Origin: Centroscyllium fabricii
Taxonomy: Eukaryota
DNA: 64,000 bases
Direction: 5' to 3'
NCBI GenBank assembly: GCA_051313645.2
Contig: JBNRSN020000003.1
Span: forward strand, 159,340,001 to 159,404,000
Part shown: piece after piece, positions 25,919 through 38,547 of the stretch
Position numbering within the stretch: the first letter of the stretch is position 1
Layout of the letters: each line of letters opens with the position of its first letter
Notes under the pieces: generated by a model
What the model saw: only the letters and a program-made list of their open reading frames with translations
Databases searched by the model: none
What the model was told of the DNA's origin: nothing
Position numbers and translations under genes: made by a program

Positions 25919-26990
25919 CATAGAATCATAGAATCATAGAAACTTTACAGTGCGGATAAAGGCCATTCGGCCCATCCAGTCCGCACCGGCCCAGGAAACT
26001 CCTCACTATACTAACCCCATTTGCCCGCACCTGGCCCATAACCCTGTATGTTACGGTCCTTCATGTGCTGGTCCAAATATTTTTTAAATGTTGCGATGGT
26101 TTCTGCCTCCACCACCCTTACAGGCAGGGAGTTCCACACTTCCACCACCCTCTGAGTAAAGAAATTTCTCCTTACCTCCCCCCTAAACCTCCCCCCCCTA
26201 ATCTTGAATCTATGTCCCCTAGTACTTGACTCTCCCACCAAGGGAAACAATGCCCCTTTATCCACCCTATCGTGTCCTCTCATGATCCTGTACACCTCAA
26301 TCATGTCACCCCTCAATCTTCTCTTCTCCAAGGCAAACAACCCCAGCCTGTCCAGCCTTTCCTCGTAGCATAAGTCCCCCAGACCAGGTATCATCCTGGT
26401 AAACCTTCTCTGCACCCTCTCCAGGGCAACCACATCCTTCCTGAAGTGCGGTGACCAGAACTGCACACAGTACTCCAGCTGAGGTCTCACCAGCGTGTTA
26501 TACAAGTTTAACATTACCTCCCTACTTTTGTATACTATGCCCTGGTTAATAAAGGCCAGAATTCCGTATGCCTTCTTAACCACCTTGTTTACGTGTCCAG
26601 CAACCTTCAGGGAGCTGTGCACCTGTACCCCAAGGTCCCTCTGTTCCTCGGTCCTACCTAACGTTTTTTTGTTCATGGTATATTCCCTTACCCCATTTGG
26701 TCTGCCGAATTGTATGACCTCGCATTTCTCTGGGTTGAACTCCATTTGCCATTTTTCTGCCCAACTAACCATTACATTTATATCTTCCTGGAGCCTTTTA
26801 CTATCTTCATCGTTATTTACCACCCTTCCAATTTTTGTATCATCAGCAAATTTGCTGATCGTACCCCCTACTCCCATGTCCAAATCATTGATGTATACTA
26901 GAAACAGTAAGGGTCCCAAAACCGATCCTTGGGGGACACCGCTGGTTACTGGTTTCCAGTCACAGAAGCAGCCCTCTACCATTACCCTTT
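25919..26990 (-). mobile_element. 5'-truncated CR1, same young family as 14940-16478
   Basis: Near-identical RT C-terminal ORF 26011-26982 and (ATTCTATG)n tail. Confidence 0.95.
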
Positions 26991-27023
26991 GACTGAGGTG
27001 TTTAAAATTAGGAAGCGATGGGA

Positions 27024-27175
27024 CATAGAAACATAGAAACTAGGAGCAGGAGTAGGCCATTCGGCCCTTCGAGCCTGCTCCGCCATTCAATGAGATCATG
27101 GCTGATCATCCAAACCCAGCACCCCACCCCTGCCCTCTCCCCAAATCCCTGTTGAGCCTGCATCGACACATATCC
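27024..27175 (-). mobile_element. 3' part of HE1/V-SINE with CR1-derived tail
   Basis: Reverse complement of the tail of the SINE at 31862-32283. Confidence 0.75.
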
Positions 27176-27281
27176 AGGTAGAAGTGGTTAAGGGGTTCTA
27201 CAATGAAGGGACATACATACAAGAAATAATTGCAAGAAGTCACACAACACCAAATTATAGTCCAACAGTTTTATTTTAAAT

Positions 27282-27317
27282 CACAAGCTTTCGGAGCTTT
27301 TGCCCCTTCATCAGGTG
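27282..27317 (-). ncRNA. Minimal type I hammerhead ribozyme motif
   Basis: cac CUGAUGA a GGGGC AAAA GCUCC GAAA GC UU gug. Confidence 0.72.
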
Positions 27318-27336
27318 GAAAGAGAGACTCTCTTTC

Positions 27337-27372
27337 CACCTGACGAAGGGGCAAAAGCTCCGAAAGCTTGTG
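27337..27372 (+). ncRNA. Minimal type I hammerhead ribozyme motif
   Basis: cac CUGACGA a GGGGC AAAA GCUCC GAAA GC UU gug; predicted cleavage after 27369. Confidence 0.72.
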
Positions 27373-30300
27373 ATTTAAAATAAAACTGTTGGACTATAAT
27401 CTGGTGTTGTGAGACTTCTTGCAATTGTCCACCCCAGTCTGACACCGGCACCTCCACATCATGGATACAAGAAATAGACAGCTACCTAGAAGTAAAAGGG
27501 ATTAAGGGTTACGAGGAGTGGGCAGGAATTTGGGCATGAGTCTAGGTTCAGATCGGTCATGGCCCTGTGGGTAGTGGAGCGGGCCCAGGGACCGTGTAGC
27601 CTGATCCTGCTCCTATTTCATGTGTCTAATTCTGTTAGATTCAGGAGATGCTTCTGTGATAGTAGATTGGTGGTTAGGATCAGATCAGCCATGATCTTAT
27701 TGAATGGCGGAGCAGGCTCGAGGGGCCGATTGGCCTACTCCTGCTCCTATTTCTTATGTTATGTTCTTAAATGCAAGGGATTTAGCACAGACAGCAGGAG
27801 AAACTTTTTTTTTTTTTTTATAAACACAATGTTATGAGGCTATGGAATACATGAACTCGAGTTCTGATTGAAGCAGGGTCCATGGCAATATTGAAGAATA
27901 GATTAGATAGGTAGTTGAAAGAAAGTGGCGATAAAAGGATATGGGAACATGACAGGCATCTGAGATTAGGACTACTGCTCGTATGGAGGATAAACACTGA
28001 CAGACTTTCTGCGTTGTCATTTCTATGCAATTCCACGCAAAACTAATGATGATGTAGTAAATCAAAGGCTGTGAGGTGAAAAGTAGTAAGACACAGGTCA
28101 GTAGAGAGAACAGTGGCTGGTCGGCAGTGAGATGCACGGGGTTGGGCGGGGGGGGGGGGGGGGGGGGGGAGAGGGGAGGGGGGAAGGATGCAATGCATTG
28201 CAATATTAAACTATACTATAAACAATTACAAAAGGGCTATAAATAATTTAAAAGGGAGTTGGACAGGTACTTGAGGATGAGGAACTTACAGGGTTACGGA
28301 CAAAAAGCGGGGATGTGGGACTAGGCACGACTGCTCTTTTAGAGAATGGCCTCCTTCTGTGCTGTAAATTTCTATCATTCTATATTGGTGTGTTAGTGCC
28401 AAATCCACAGGAGAAGATGGGTATGGCATCAAAATTTACTTCCACTCTAGGAACCTCTCCTCCTTATACCAACAAATAAAACAGTTGCTTTCCTGCTATT
28501 GTGCCAGTGATTATGTTAGGTCATTTAAACTGTATAATAATACCATCCTGCATAAATACAGATTTTTAATGCACCAAAAGCATGAAGGTAACCATTTGCA
28601 TTGTAGTGCTCCAGATCAGCTACTGTTCTTAAGCAGTCAAGTTTAGCTAAAAGATAACTAGTCACAATTTGACTAAGGTACAGCACAGGCATTTGTCAAT
28701 ACAGCAAGGTCACACAAGGTGCTTTTATAACCACAAATAAAGAAAGATAGTTGTTTAATCATTTCAGGTTTGATCACGTTTAGCAAAAGCACACTATTTT
28801 TGTTTCTGCTCTCCCTACCTCAAGGGAGGTTCAATTAAAGATTTTGCACAGAGCAAATATGTACAGCAAGAAAGATGGTGCAGGCAAGTTCCAGGAAAAG
28901 TTTGGAAAGACAGACTGGATCTATAAATGAAATACAATGGGGGGGGGGATTTTTCTGGAGGTGTGAGAACCTGGTGGGGATGGGTCGGGGCGGGTTCCTG
29001 TCCCTACCGCCCAATGACCTGGGAAGCCAATGCAATTTTCGTTTAATTGATCAATTAAATCCCCGCGTGCGGGGTGCCCCTGCTAATTGCAACAGTCGAG
29101 TCGCCAATTCCAGGGCTCAAACCGCATTGCAGGAGGTTTTCAGACAGCTGCGGGAACTGTGTGTTTACAATTCCCATGGAAACGCGCCACTGTGACATCA
29201 CAGTGGAGTGGAACCAATGGGAAAGGCCAAGTGCTGTTGAGTGACAGGTGGGCGGGCTCCAAATCTTTGACAGCTAGCCACCGGCTGTCAGTAAATCTGG
29301 GAAGATATGATTTCTAAGTTTTTGCTCACAGCTGGTCTTGACCCAAGGGAGTGACTTACTCCTCCAGGATGTTGAAGGCCTGGGAAGCATTTTGATGTAG
29401 GTCCTTGAGCACCTTGAAGGAGAAAGTTAGGAAGCCCACTGTGCATCCGCTGGGTTTTTACCAGCGGGGTTTTAGGATGGTGGGGATAGGGTGGGAAGGG
29501 GGTGAAAATTGCTAAGGGCCCTTAAAATGGCATTACACATGCCAATTAAGGGCCCTTAAATGAGTTGAACAACCATCCCCACCGACCGCCGGCGGGAAGG
29601 ATTCGGGGCGGCAAGACAAGGCGGCGGAAAATGCAAAAGCTGCGGGAATCCGGCGGTGGGGTCGCGACCCACTGGTTCCGCTATTTTGCCATCCGAGCTG
29701 CCGAAAACCCTGCCTCACAGGGACATGAAAATTTTGGCCTATATTACAACACTGCCAACTCTCGCGGTGCGATGCAATTTCAGAGTGAAATCTCTGACGG
29801 AATGCCTAAATCTCTGGATTTTTGGGGAGAAAGAGAGAAACCCGATATGCACATGCGTGCAGAAAAGAACTTTTGCGCATGCACAGAAAAACCCCGCGAT
29901 TTGCGAGAAAATAGATGGCGATTGTATAGTAGCGTATTGGATCGTCCCGTTGTTTTCTGGAGGTAACTTTCTCCAAAGTGAGTCTTCCTCGTGCGATCTG
30001 ACCATCTAGGCTCATTTTTATTTCAAATTAATACAATAAAACGGGAAGGGATCGTACGGCAGAAAGAAAACCAGGAGCAAAACAATTAATTTCAAAAATA
30101 AAAGAGATGCAGTTTGGAAAAAGAATTGGGGTAAAAGGATAAGAAACACAACAGGACTGCATTAAAGAGATCTGGAAGGTGGGAATATGAGAGAGGCGCA
30201 CACCTCAGCACTGTGTACCTGCATGATTTTTTTTTTATTGGGGGGGGGGGGGCGGGTGAGGCGAAGAAAAAGAGCTGGAGAGAGATTTAAATGTATTAAT

Positions 30301-30464
30301 GTGCATCAGATCGATGTGCGTTTCCTCCTGAGCCACTTTTAACATATCAGCACCATCGCATTTATAGTACAACACCATCATCACCATCATGGCCTGAGGA
30401 CAGTCACGGTAAAAAGAGGTTAGATCCAAAGCTAACAAGGAAGCAACAAAAAGCAATTTTTAAA

Positions 30465-31480
30465 AAATTGTTCAAGCGATGTGGGCGTCGCTGGCAAGGC
30501 CAGCATTTATTGCCCATTCCTAGTTGCCCTTGAGGTGAGCCGCCTTCTTGAACTGCTGCAGTCTGTGCAGTGAAGGTACTCCCAACTGTTAGGGAGGAGG
30601 TTCCAGCAATGATGAAGGATCGACCATATACTTCTAAGTCAGAATGGTGCATGACTTGGAGGTGGTGGTGTTCTCATGCGCCTGCTGCCCTTGTCCTTCT
30701 AGGTGGTAGAGGTCACAGGTTTGGGAGGTGCTGCCGAAGAAGCCTTGGGGGGAGTTGCTGCAGTGCATCTTGTAGATGGTACATACAGCAGCCACGGTAC
30801 GCCGATGGTGGAGAGAGTGAATGTTTAAGGTGGCGGATGGGGTGCCAATCAAGTGAGCTGCTTTGTCTTGGACGGTATCCAGCTTCGAGTGTTGTTGGAG
30901 CTGCACTCAACCAGGCAAGTGGCGATCACAGTCCTGACTTGTGCCTTGTAGATACTGGAAAGGTTTTGGGGAATCAAGAGGTGAGACACTCGCCGCAGAA
31001 TACCCTGCCGCTGACCTACTCTTGTTGCCACAGTATTTATGTGGCTGGTCCAGTTAAATTTCTGGTTAATGGTAACCCCCTCACCCACACCCCCCCCCCC
31101 AAAAGATATTGATGGTAGGGGATTTGGCGATGGTAGTGACATTGAATGTCAAGGGGCAGTGGTTAGACGCTCGCTTGTTGGACATAGTTATTGCCCGACA
31201 CTTGTGTGGCGCAAATGTTACCTGTTATTTTTCAGCCCAAACCTGAATGTCGTCCAGGTCTTGTTGCATGCGGGCATGGACTGCTTCATTATCTGTGAAT
31301 GGCACTGAACACCATGCAGGCATCAGCGAACATCCCCACTTCTGACCTGATGAAGGGAAGGTCATTGATGAAGCAGCTGAAGATGGTTGGGCCCAGGATA
31401 CTGCCCTGAGGAACTCCTGCAGCGATGTCCTGGGGCTGTGATGATTGACCTTCAATCACCACAACCATCTTCCTTTGTGC
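30465..31480 (-). mobile_element. Degenerate non-LTR retrotransposon 3' part (CR1/L2-related RT)
   Basis: GVTINQKFNWTSHINTVATR, IYKAQVR, LDTVQDKAAHLIG...LHHRRTVAA; related fragment at 33878-34240. Confidence 0.75.
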
Positions 31481-31861
31481 TTGCTGTGGTGTGGTAATTA
31501 TTATTGATCATTTGTAACTAGAAGGCTGAATAACTGTTTTGGGGAAATTATATCCACACGTGCAGAAAATCTGATTTTTTTTCTTTTTGTGAACAGAAAG
31601 GCAAGGTGCCTATTTCTTATGTTCTTATGTCAGTAATTGGTTAGTGACGACCGAATGCGTTTCCTGTCCGGGAGCAAAGATCACAGAATGCGCTTCTTGT
31701 CCAGGAGCAAAGATCAATGTGGGGTCTGGTCGGGGAAAAAAAGTCACTCATGATATCTGTCCCAAATCTCATGATTTTTAAGAGTTTGTTCTTTGGAAAC
31801 ACTGGATAAAGGTCAGGCCAGTCTGCACACCAATCCATGTGATTGAAGAGAATTATTGGTA

Positions 31862-32283
31862 GGGCAGCACGGTGGCATAGTGGTTAGCACTGTTGCCTTA
31901 CAGCAGTAGAGACCCGGGTTCAAATCCAGCCTCGGGTACTATCTGTGTGGAGTTTGCACATTCTCCCCGTGTCTGCGTGGGTTTCCTCCGGGTGCTCCGG
32001 TTTCCTCCCACAGTCCAAAGATGTGCGGGTTAGGTTGATTGGCCATGATAAATTGACCCTCCGTGTTAGGGGGATTGAATATGTGGGGTTATGGGGATAG
32101 GGTGGGATGTGTGTCGGTGCAGGCTCGATAGGGATCAAGGGATATGGGGACAAGGCAGGCACAGGGTACTGGGTTTGGATGATCAGCCATGGGTTTGGAT
32201 GATCAGCCATGATCTCATTGAATGGTGGAGCAGGCTCGAAGGGCCAAATGGCCTACTCCTGCTCCTAGTTTCTATGTTTCTAT
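31862..32283 (+). mobile_element. HE1/V-SINE (tRNA head, V domain, CR1 tail)
   Basis: A box TGGCATAGTGG, B box GGTTCAAATCC, V-core [58 protein letters not shown]1-type 3' tail. Confidence 0.9.
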
Positions 32284-33877
32284 TAGGAGCACCAATTCCT
32301 TTATGGTCTCCCCCTTTACAACTTGGCAAAGTAAATGCACCCCAACGTAGATATGGACCCTGCATTGGAGCCTCCGACAGATATAAATCCAGCTTCCATC
32401 TCCAGCTTCCCCACCACGATCTCCCACTCCCCACCCATCAATCTTCTATTTACTCGGCATCCGCTCCCGCCCGACAAGCCGGGTGGGAAACCAGCTGAAA
32501 AAAATTCAAACGTTGACCTGCCGTTCATTGCAGCAGGTGTCCGGACCCATCCGCAAATTCGCCCCCGAGCATTCATGGGCCCCGTGTAAATATCAGGGCC
32601 GATGTCCCTTGTGCTCCCTCTTCCTCTTCGCTTTAACATTTTTCAAATGAATGAATTCTAACGGACTTGCCAAAAGTTCACATTTTACAGAAGCAAGTCT
32701 CATTAGTCTCTCTCAGTTGATTTATTTTTGAACAGCAAGTGCTGGTGACAAATGGGAGAAAAGCAGCTTAGAATTACTGAGCCTAACAGTGTGGGTGATC
32801 TGAATTAATGCACACAGTTAAAATTGCAAAATCATTGAACCAACCAATGTAAATTTACATTTTTACTGATGTTAATTCAGCTCTCACAATACAGTGTTCA
32901 GTAACTCCTACCTTCACCCCAATGAGAGACACATTTATAGTTTAGATATTTTAAACTGATATTTTTAAAAGAAGAAAAACTGACGGTGAGACCTCCATTT
33001 TAATAAATTAATTACAATGTTACATACAACCTATGAAACTGAAGGAACTGTTTTTGCTATAATAATGTATAAAGTACTGGTGCTGAAGACATCAAAACAT
33101 AATAGCAAGAGGACGGTTTCATGTGCTTTATGCTACAACAGAGTCTCGGCCTTAGACAACCTACAGTAAGACAATCCAAGTTCTCTCAGGCAACCATGTG
33201 TCCTGTGGGAGCACCAGTCATCTATATCTATACAACAAAACAGCAACTGTGTTTGAACAGTAATGAGTATTTATCTGACTAATTAGCACACTGGAAATGT
33301 AAAACTGTGCCATCAGATCAATAGCCACAGTTGAATACTGCAATATAGTCAGAGGTCCAACATACATATTCAAACAGCAGCAGTAAATGTTTCACTCAAA
33401 GTTGGAAGCAGGAAAGCTTTCCAGGCTATTATCATGAAAACTACTAGCTGCTCAATGATCAAATAGGTCAGGAACGTGTATACGCTACGAGGAAAGGTAA
33501 CATGTGTGTACCCTTTGTGTAGTGCATCTCAATTTTTCCTGTCACTTTTGTCACAGCTCATCCTTGCACTATTTTTAAACTGACCAGCTTAAATGCACCA
33601 TCTCCTGTTCAACTTTTGTCTTTTGCAAGTACAATTCATACAATACTATCAATCCTGTTTTTCTTTCATTCTGATTATAATGCCTCAAAGTTTCCATTCA
33701 CATCAATTATACCTGTGTAAACTGTTACAAACGAGGAACAAATCAAGTGTTGTGATCCCAATCCTATTGGAAACATCAGGCACATTCACAAAAATAGAAG
33801 TATAGATTCAGTCATTTATAACTTAAAATTGAAACCAGTCCAAATAAAAAGCCAATAATAGCCCCCTGATTTCTCAA

Positions 33878-34240
33878 ACTTCGAGTGTTGTTGGAGCTGC
33901 ACTCATCCAGGCAAGTGGAGTATTCCATCATACTCCTGACTTGCGCCTTGTAGATGGTGGAAAGGTTTAGGGGAGTCATCTGCCACAGAATACCCAGCCT
34001 CTGAGCTGCTCTTGTAGCCACAGTATTTATGTGGCTGGTCCAGTTAAGTTTCTTGTCAATGATGACCCCCAGGATGTTGATGTTGGGGGATTCGACAATA
34101 GTAATGCCGTTGAATGTCAAGGGAGGTGATTAGACTTTCTCTTGTTGTAGATGGTTATTGCCAGGCATTTAAGTGGCAAGTAACATTTTCACCACTGATC
34201 AGCCCAAGCCTGAATGTTGTCCAGGTCTTGCTGTATGCAG
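33878..34240 (-). mobile_element. LINE RT fragment, same family as 30465-31480
   Basis: ILGVIIDKKLNWTSHINTVATR, IYKAQVRSMMEYS. Confidence 0.72.
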
Positions 34241-34254
34241 GATCAGAGCTGCTC

Positions 34255-35565
34255 TCTTGATGGCCTGATGAGTAAAAGTACAGCCTGGGGTATCACAAAG
34301 CCACAGATTAGAAGGTTTCAAGTTCGATCCTTGGTCTGTGATCAGTTAACTATTCTCAGCTGGGCCACAGTAGACTTCAGCATCCCTGGGCTCGGCTGAT
34401 GAAAACAAAAAAAAAAAATCAGCCTTGGTTCCCACTCCTGATCATTACCCAGTGATCTCTGCCAAGAAATGTGCACGTTTGGACTTCAGGCAAGAACAGA
34501 ATCGAGCTTAGCTCTGATTCACTCTACATATTTACTCGAGTGGTGAAGAGAGCAGAGGGCAGGATTTCTGGATGGGTAACCCAGAACTACGGGTTTCACG
34601 GAGGTCCTGCTGAAATTAACCGCAGGAAGTCTTTTAAATTTTTTCAGCAGGTTTCCCGCCAGACAGACAGCCAGTCTGATTGACAGGCAGCCGAGGAGTA
34701 GGTGCCAGTTAAGTAGATCGCGGAGGGTGTCAGTTCGGCCGATTGCGGGTCTAGAGAGGTTAGCTTGTTGTGCCTGGAGGAAATACTCCTGCTCTTCCTC
34801 ACCCACAAGTAGTGCTGCAAATGAACTTAACTCGTGGATTGGGCCCTTCCTGCCTCCGTTTACCTGCCGGGTTTCCTGAACCCCAGGAAACCCAGCCTAC
34901 ATGGGTTAAAAATTAAAATCACAGAAACACAGAAGATAGGAGCAGCAGTAGGCCATTCGGCCCTTCAAGCCTGTTCCGCCATTTTTGATGGGATTATGGC
35001 TGATCATCCAAACCCAGCAACCCCTCCTACCCTCTCCCCATATCCCCCGACACCCCCAACTCCAAGAACTATATCTCACACACATACTCACAGGCAATTT
35101 TTAGTATCTCCAATTCACCTAACCTGCATATCTTTGGGTGGTGGGAGGCAACCGGAGTACCCCCACACGAAAACGGGGAGAGCATGCAAACTCCACACAG
35201 AGAGGTCCCGGGCCAAGCAGGATTCGAACCCAGGAGCTCCTTATTGCGAGGCAGCAGGGCTAACCACTGCACCACCGTGTCGTCCACAAATCCTGTTAAC
35301 ATGGAGGCATGTAGCCTCCTTAAAAGCTTTTACTGGCCGACCCGCCTCCATTAAAACCGGAAGTGAGCGGGTTAGGGTTGGGATTGAGATTTATTTTATT
35401 TTTTTTACTTCCCACCCGTCCTTAGACATTAAAATGTCCCCCTCTATAATCAGATAGTTTGCGGTCTTGCACTACACAAAGGATACTCACTTGCATGAGG
35501 TACCATACGATTGCCAGTACATATGAACCATATCCCAACAAGAATTAGTACCTTCAAGGAAAGGC
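34255..35565 (+). mobile_element. LF-SINE-like element (34255-34525 and 35455-35565) split by later insertions
   Basis: GTTCGATCCTTGGTCTGTG, AAATCAGCCTTGGTTCCCACTCCTGATCATTACCCAGTGA, CACTTGCATGAGGTACC...GAACCATATCCCAACAAGAA resemble the LF-SINE consensus as recalled. Confidence 0.65.
34921..35283 (-). mobile_element. HE1/V-SINE inside a MITE-like element (about 34557-35443)
   Basis: Reverse-strand tRNA head (CGGTGGTGCAGTGGTTAGC, GGTTCGAATCC), V-core and CR1 tail. Confidence 0.82.
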
Positions 35566-37654
35566 TGAAAATAGGATCAACACAAGTAAAATTCAGGAGT
35601 GAAAGAAAGTGCAGTAAGGGAGGCGGTCTCTTATTATGTGACTATCCCAGAAATAGCATCACTAAGAAGATGGAAGCTTAGTTTTAATTTTTTTAAAGGG
35701 AGAAAATGAAACTTTTGTAGTAGCACTAATTGTCAGAAGACAAAAGCTAGAAAGTTAAAAAAATTAGATGATGCATTCCCTGTTTAAAGAGGAAGTTACT
35801 ACAGCAACACCAGCACGTCTATGGTCACTGTGTAATGTGCCCTCCTTTGTCCTCAGGGAAAGGCAGATAGTGAAGCATCATTTATTTACAGACCCTTTCA
35901 CAGAGCTTGGGTTATCAGACAATAATACTGTCAATACACACTCCTAATGGTCTACTTTTGAAATGGAGTCTAATATAATGGCAAAGAGCCCAAAATCCTT
36001 TCCAACCCGGCTATTAAAGGATGTAGGTTATTGCTGTTGTCACCATTGATATTTGTCATTGTAATGTAATTAGAGGCCTAAAATGATGCATTACAGCCTG
36101 TGGCACGGCTTTTATTAAAACCTTTTCTCTGTTCACTGAACTGCAACCTGGTGTCTGATGAGTAACAGACAGCTTAAGGGTGAACAGCAGATTCATCAAA
36201 GATTTATTTTTCACTTTGAAGTGTAGACCACATAGGAAAAATGGAAAAGCAAGAGAATATGCTGCACCACCTGAATTTCATTTGGTCACTTGAAATTCTA
36301 ACTGCATCCTATGAATGTTGCTTTGGCAACAGAGTCCAAGCCTGCAAATCACATGGTTAATCACAGCCCTTAATCTGCCATCCATCAGTGAATCCAACCA
36401 TGTTGCCAGAGCTGTAACTTCCAATCAGATTTATAGGTCACGTGGGTCACACATCCCCGAACAACAACTACATTCATTGATAGCTTGGGTCATTTGAACA
36501 GCACGGATTTCTTACATGCTGCCAGTCTTAGGCCAGGCTGGAGGGAAGAGAGAAGAGGAAAGAAAGGTCACTGAAAGCAATAAAAGCACTTGAACTCCTT
36601 CAAAAAAAAGTTCCTCCCATGGATGCTTCTTTATCATCTATTCTGTTTCCAAGCAGAACAAAAAAAAACATTAACATTTTTTCAGCTGACAAAACACCAC
36701 TCCCTATTTCTAAAAATGCATTTCCTGCATCTACCATATAATTCTGAAGTCTTTACAAAGAAATTTCAATTCATTGGAAGACACAAGTGAAAGTTTTATT
36801 ACATTCCAGAAGGATAAGCATCGAGTTAAAAGAAGTACATCCAAAGTTTAGAATCACATTCTTTAAACCAACAAAAAGACACACCTCCCACCGCAGCGCC
36901 CCCCCCCCCCCCCCCCCGGCCCCCCCCCGGCCCCCAACAACATATCTACTTCTTCAGCTAGTCAGAGTTTACACTGAGTAACTGCATGGGGTTCTGTCGT
37001 TGGATAAAAATCACTATAGTAACCCTTGCAATAAAGAGAGTTTATTGCCATTAAGATGGTGTGAACCTGGAATAGTGTGCATGTACACATTGGCAGGGAA
37101 TGCTCATGCTGCTTTGTTCTAGAAATTAAACTGGTCTTAAAAAAGTGCTAATTCTGCTATCTTAACAGCTGGCAAGTAACTGCTTGCTGAGCTTAAATTA
37201 CCATGAGAGAATATTGCACATTACGGATTGAAATATATAAATAATAGAGTGCGACATTGTTGAATTCCATTAAGCAACATTGTTTAGGTCATGACCTGGC
37301 CAATTTGATAAGTGAATGCTAACAAATCAGTGGCCTTAACCAAATGCTTGACTGAACAGAAGTTATAATATTCTTACTACCAATCAGTAAGAATTCACAT
37401 AGTAAAGAAAATGCAATCTTCACAATGTTTTGAAAATGGAATGCTCCATTGTTCCAACACCAGCAACATCAAGATTTAAATATCAAAAAAGTTTGATCTA
37501 TCCTTACTTAGATTTACCCACAAAAACAACAGTGCCATGCACTGCCAAGAAATGTTCTTAGTTATATGGGCAGAATATTTGTAACACTCCAGCTTAGCAT
37601 AATATGGAAGCAAAATTGAAATAAATTAAGCGTCTTTCATTTGTGCGATGAAGA

Positions 37655-38035
37655 ATCAACTCGGCGCTCGCCCGAGTCAGTAGGTTGTAGGTTCAAGTGC
37701 TAAGTTAAACTTCAACACACAAAACAATAATCTAGACTGACACTTCTGTGCAATATTGATGGAGTGCTACGTTGTTGCAGGGACCATCTTTCTGATGAGA
37801 CGTTAACGAGAGACCCTGTCTGCCTCTCAAGTGTCTCTAAAAGATCCTAAGCCACTATTTGGAATAGAGCAGGTGAGTTCTCCTGGCGCCCTGGCCAACA
37901 TATATTCCACAACCACGATAACCAAAAGCACAGATGGTCATTCATCTCACTGCTGTTTGTGAAACCATGCTATGCACAAATTTGTTGCCCCGTTCCCTGT
38001 GATTTCATTGGCTAGACGCTATATGAATGGAAGTT
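37655..38035 (+). mobile_element. Deu-domain SINE (SacSINE1/AmnSINE-like)
   Basis: B-box GGTTCAAGT; Deu core GATGAGACGTTAA...CCCTGTCTGCCTCTC...AAAGATCC...CACTATTT...GAGCAGG. Confidence 0.7.
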
Positions 38036-38293
38036 CTATTACCCTTGGAATGAACCGCTTTGAACTTCTTAGTTCTGTTCATGTATAATTCTTAAATTGT
38101 AGAAGAGACTTTTTTTAATAGAATGAATTAGCATTTATATAGCATCTTCCATGGCCTCAGGATGTCCTATAGCACTTCACAGCCAATGAATTACTTTTTT
38201 TTAAATATAGTCGCTATTGTACTGTAGAGAAATGGGACAGACAATTTTCACACAGCAAGATCCCACCAGCAATGAGATAAATGACCAGATAAT

Positions 38294-38547
38294 GTGCTGT
38301 TCACCCCCCTACCCTGCGGGAGATGCTACAGATCAATTCGCACCCGCACGACTAGATTTAAGAACAGCTTCTTCCCCAGGGCTGTCAGCCGCCTGAACTC
38401 TTTAACTCCGGTACCTGCACACCTGAAAATGTACTTTACTGTATGCAATTTACATGTAATTTATTTGCACTACTCTCGGGAGCGGCGAGTCTTCGTCTAG
38501 TTGTATTATACTAGTACTATGCAATGACAATAAAACTTGAATTGAAT
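38294..38547 (+). mobile_element. Rex1-type LINE 3' end, same family as 10413-11789
   Basis: PLPCGRCYRSIRTRTTRFKNSFFPRAVS; AATAAAACTTGAATTGAATT tail; directly followed by a CR1/HE1 tail 38548-38670. Confidence 0.85.

Larger units (their letters stand above)
27229..27464 (+). mobile_element. Penelope-like 3' end with inverted pLTR copy
   Basis: About 100-bp inverted arms, unpaired tail CCCCAGTCTGACACCGGCACCTCCACATCAT; 12-bp TSD ATACAAGAAATA (27217-27228, 27465-27476). Confidence 0.8.

Noticed and set aside
31862-31935. tRNA gene
   Set aside because: tRNA-derived head of a V-SINE, not a complete cloverleaf
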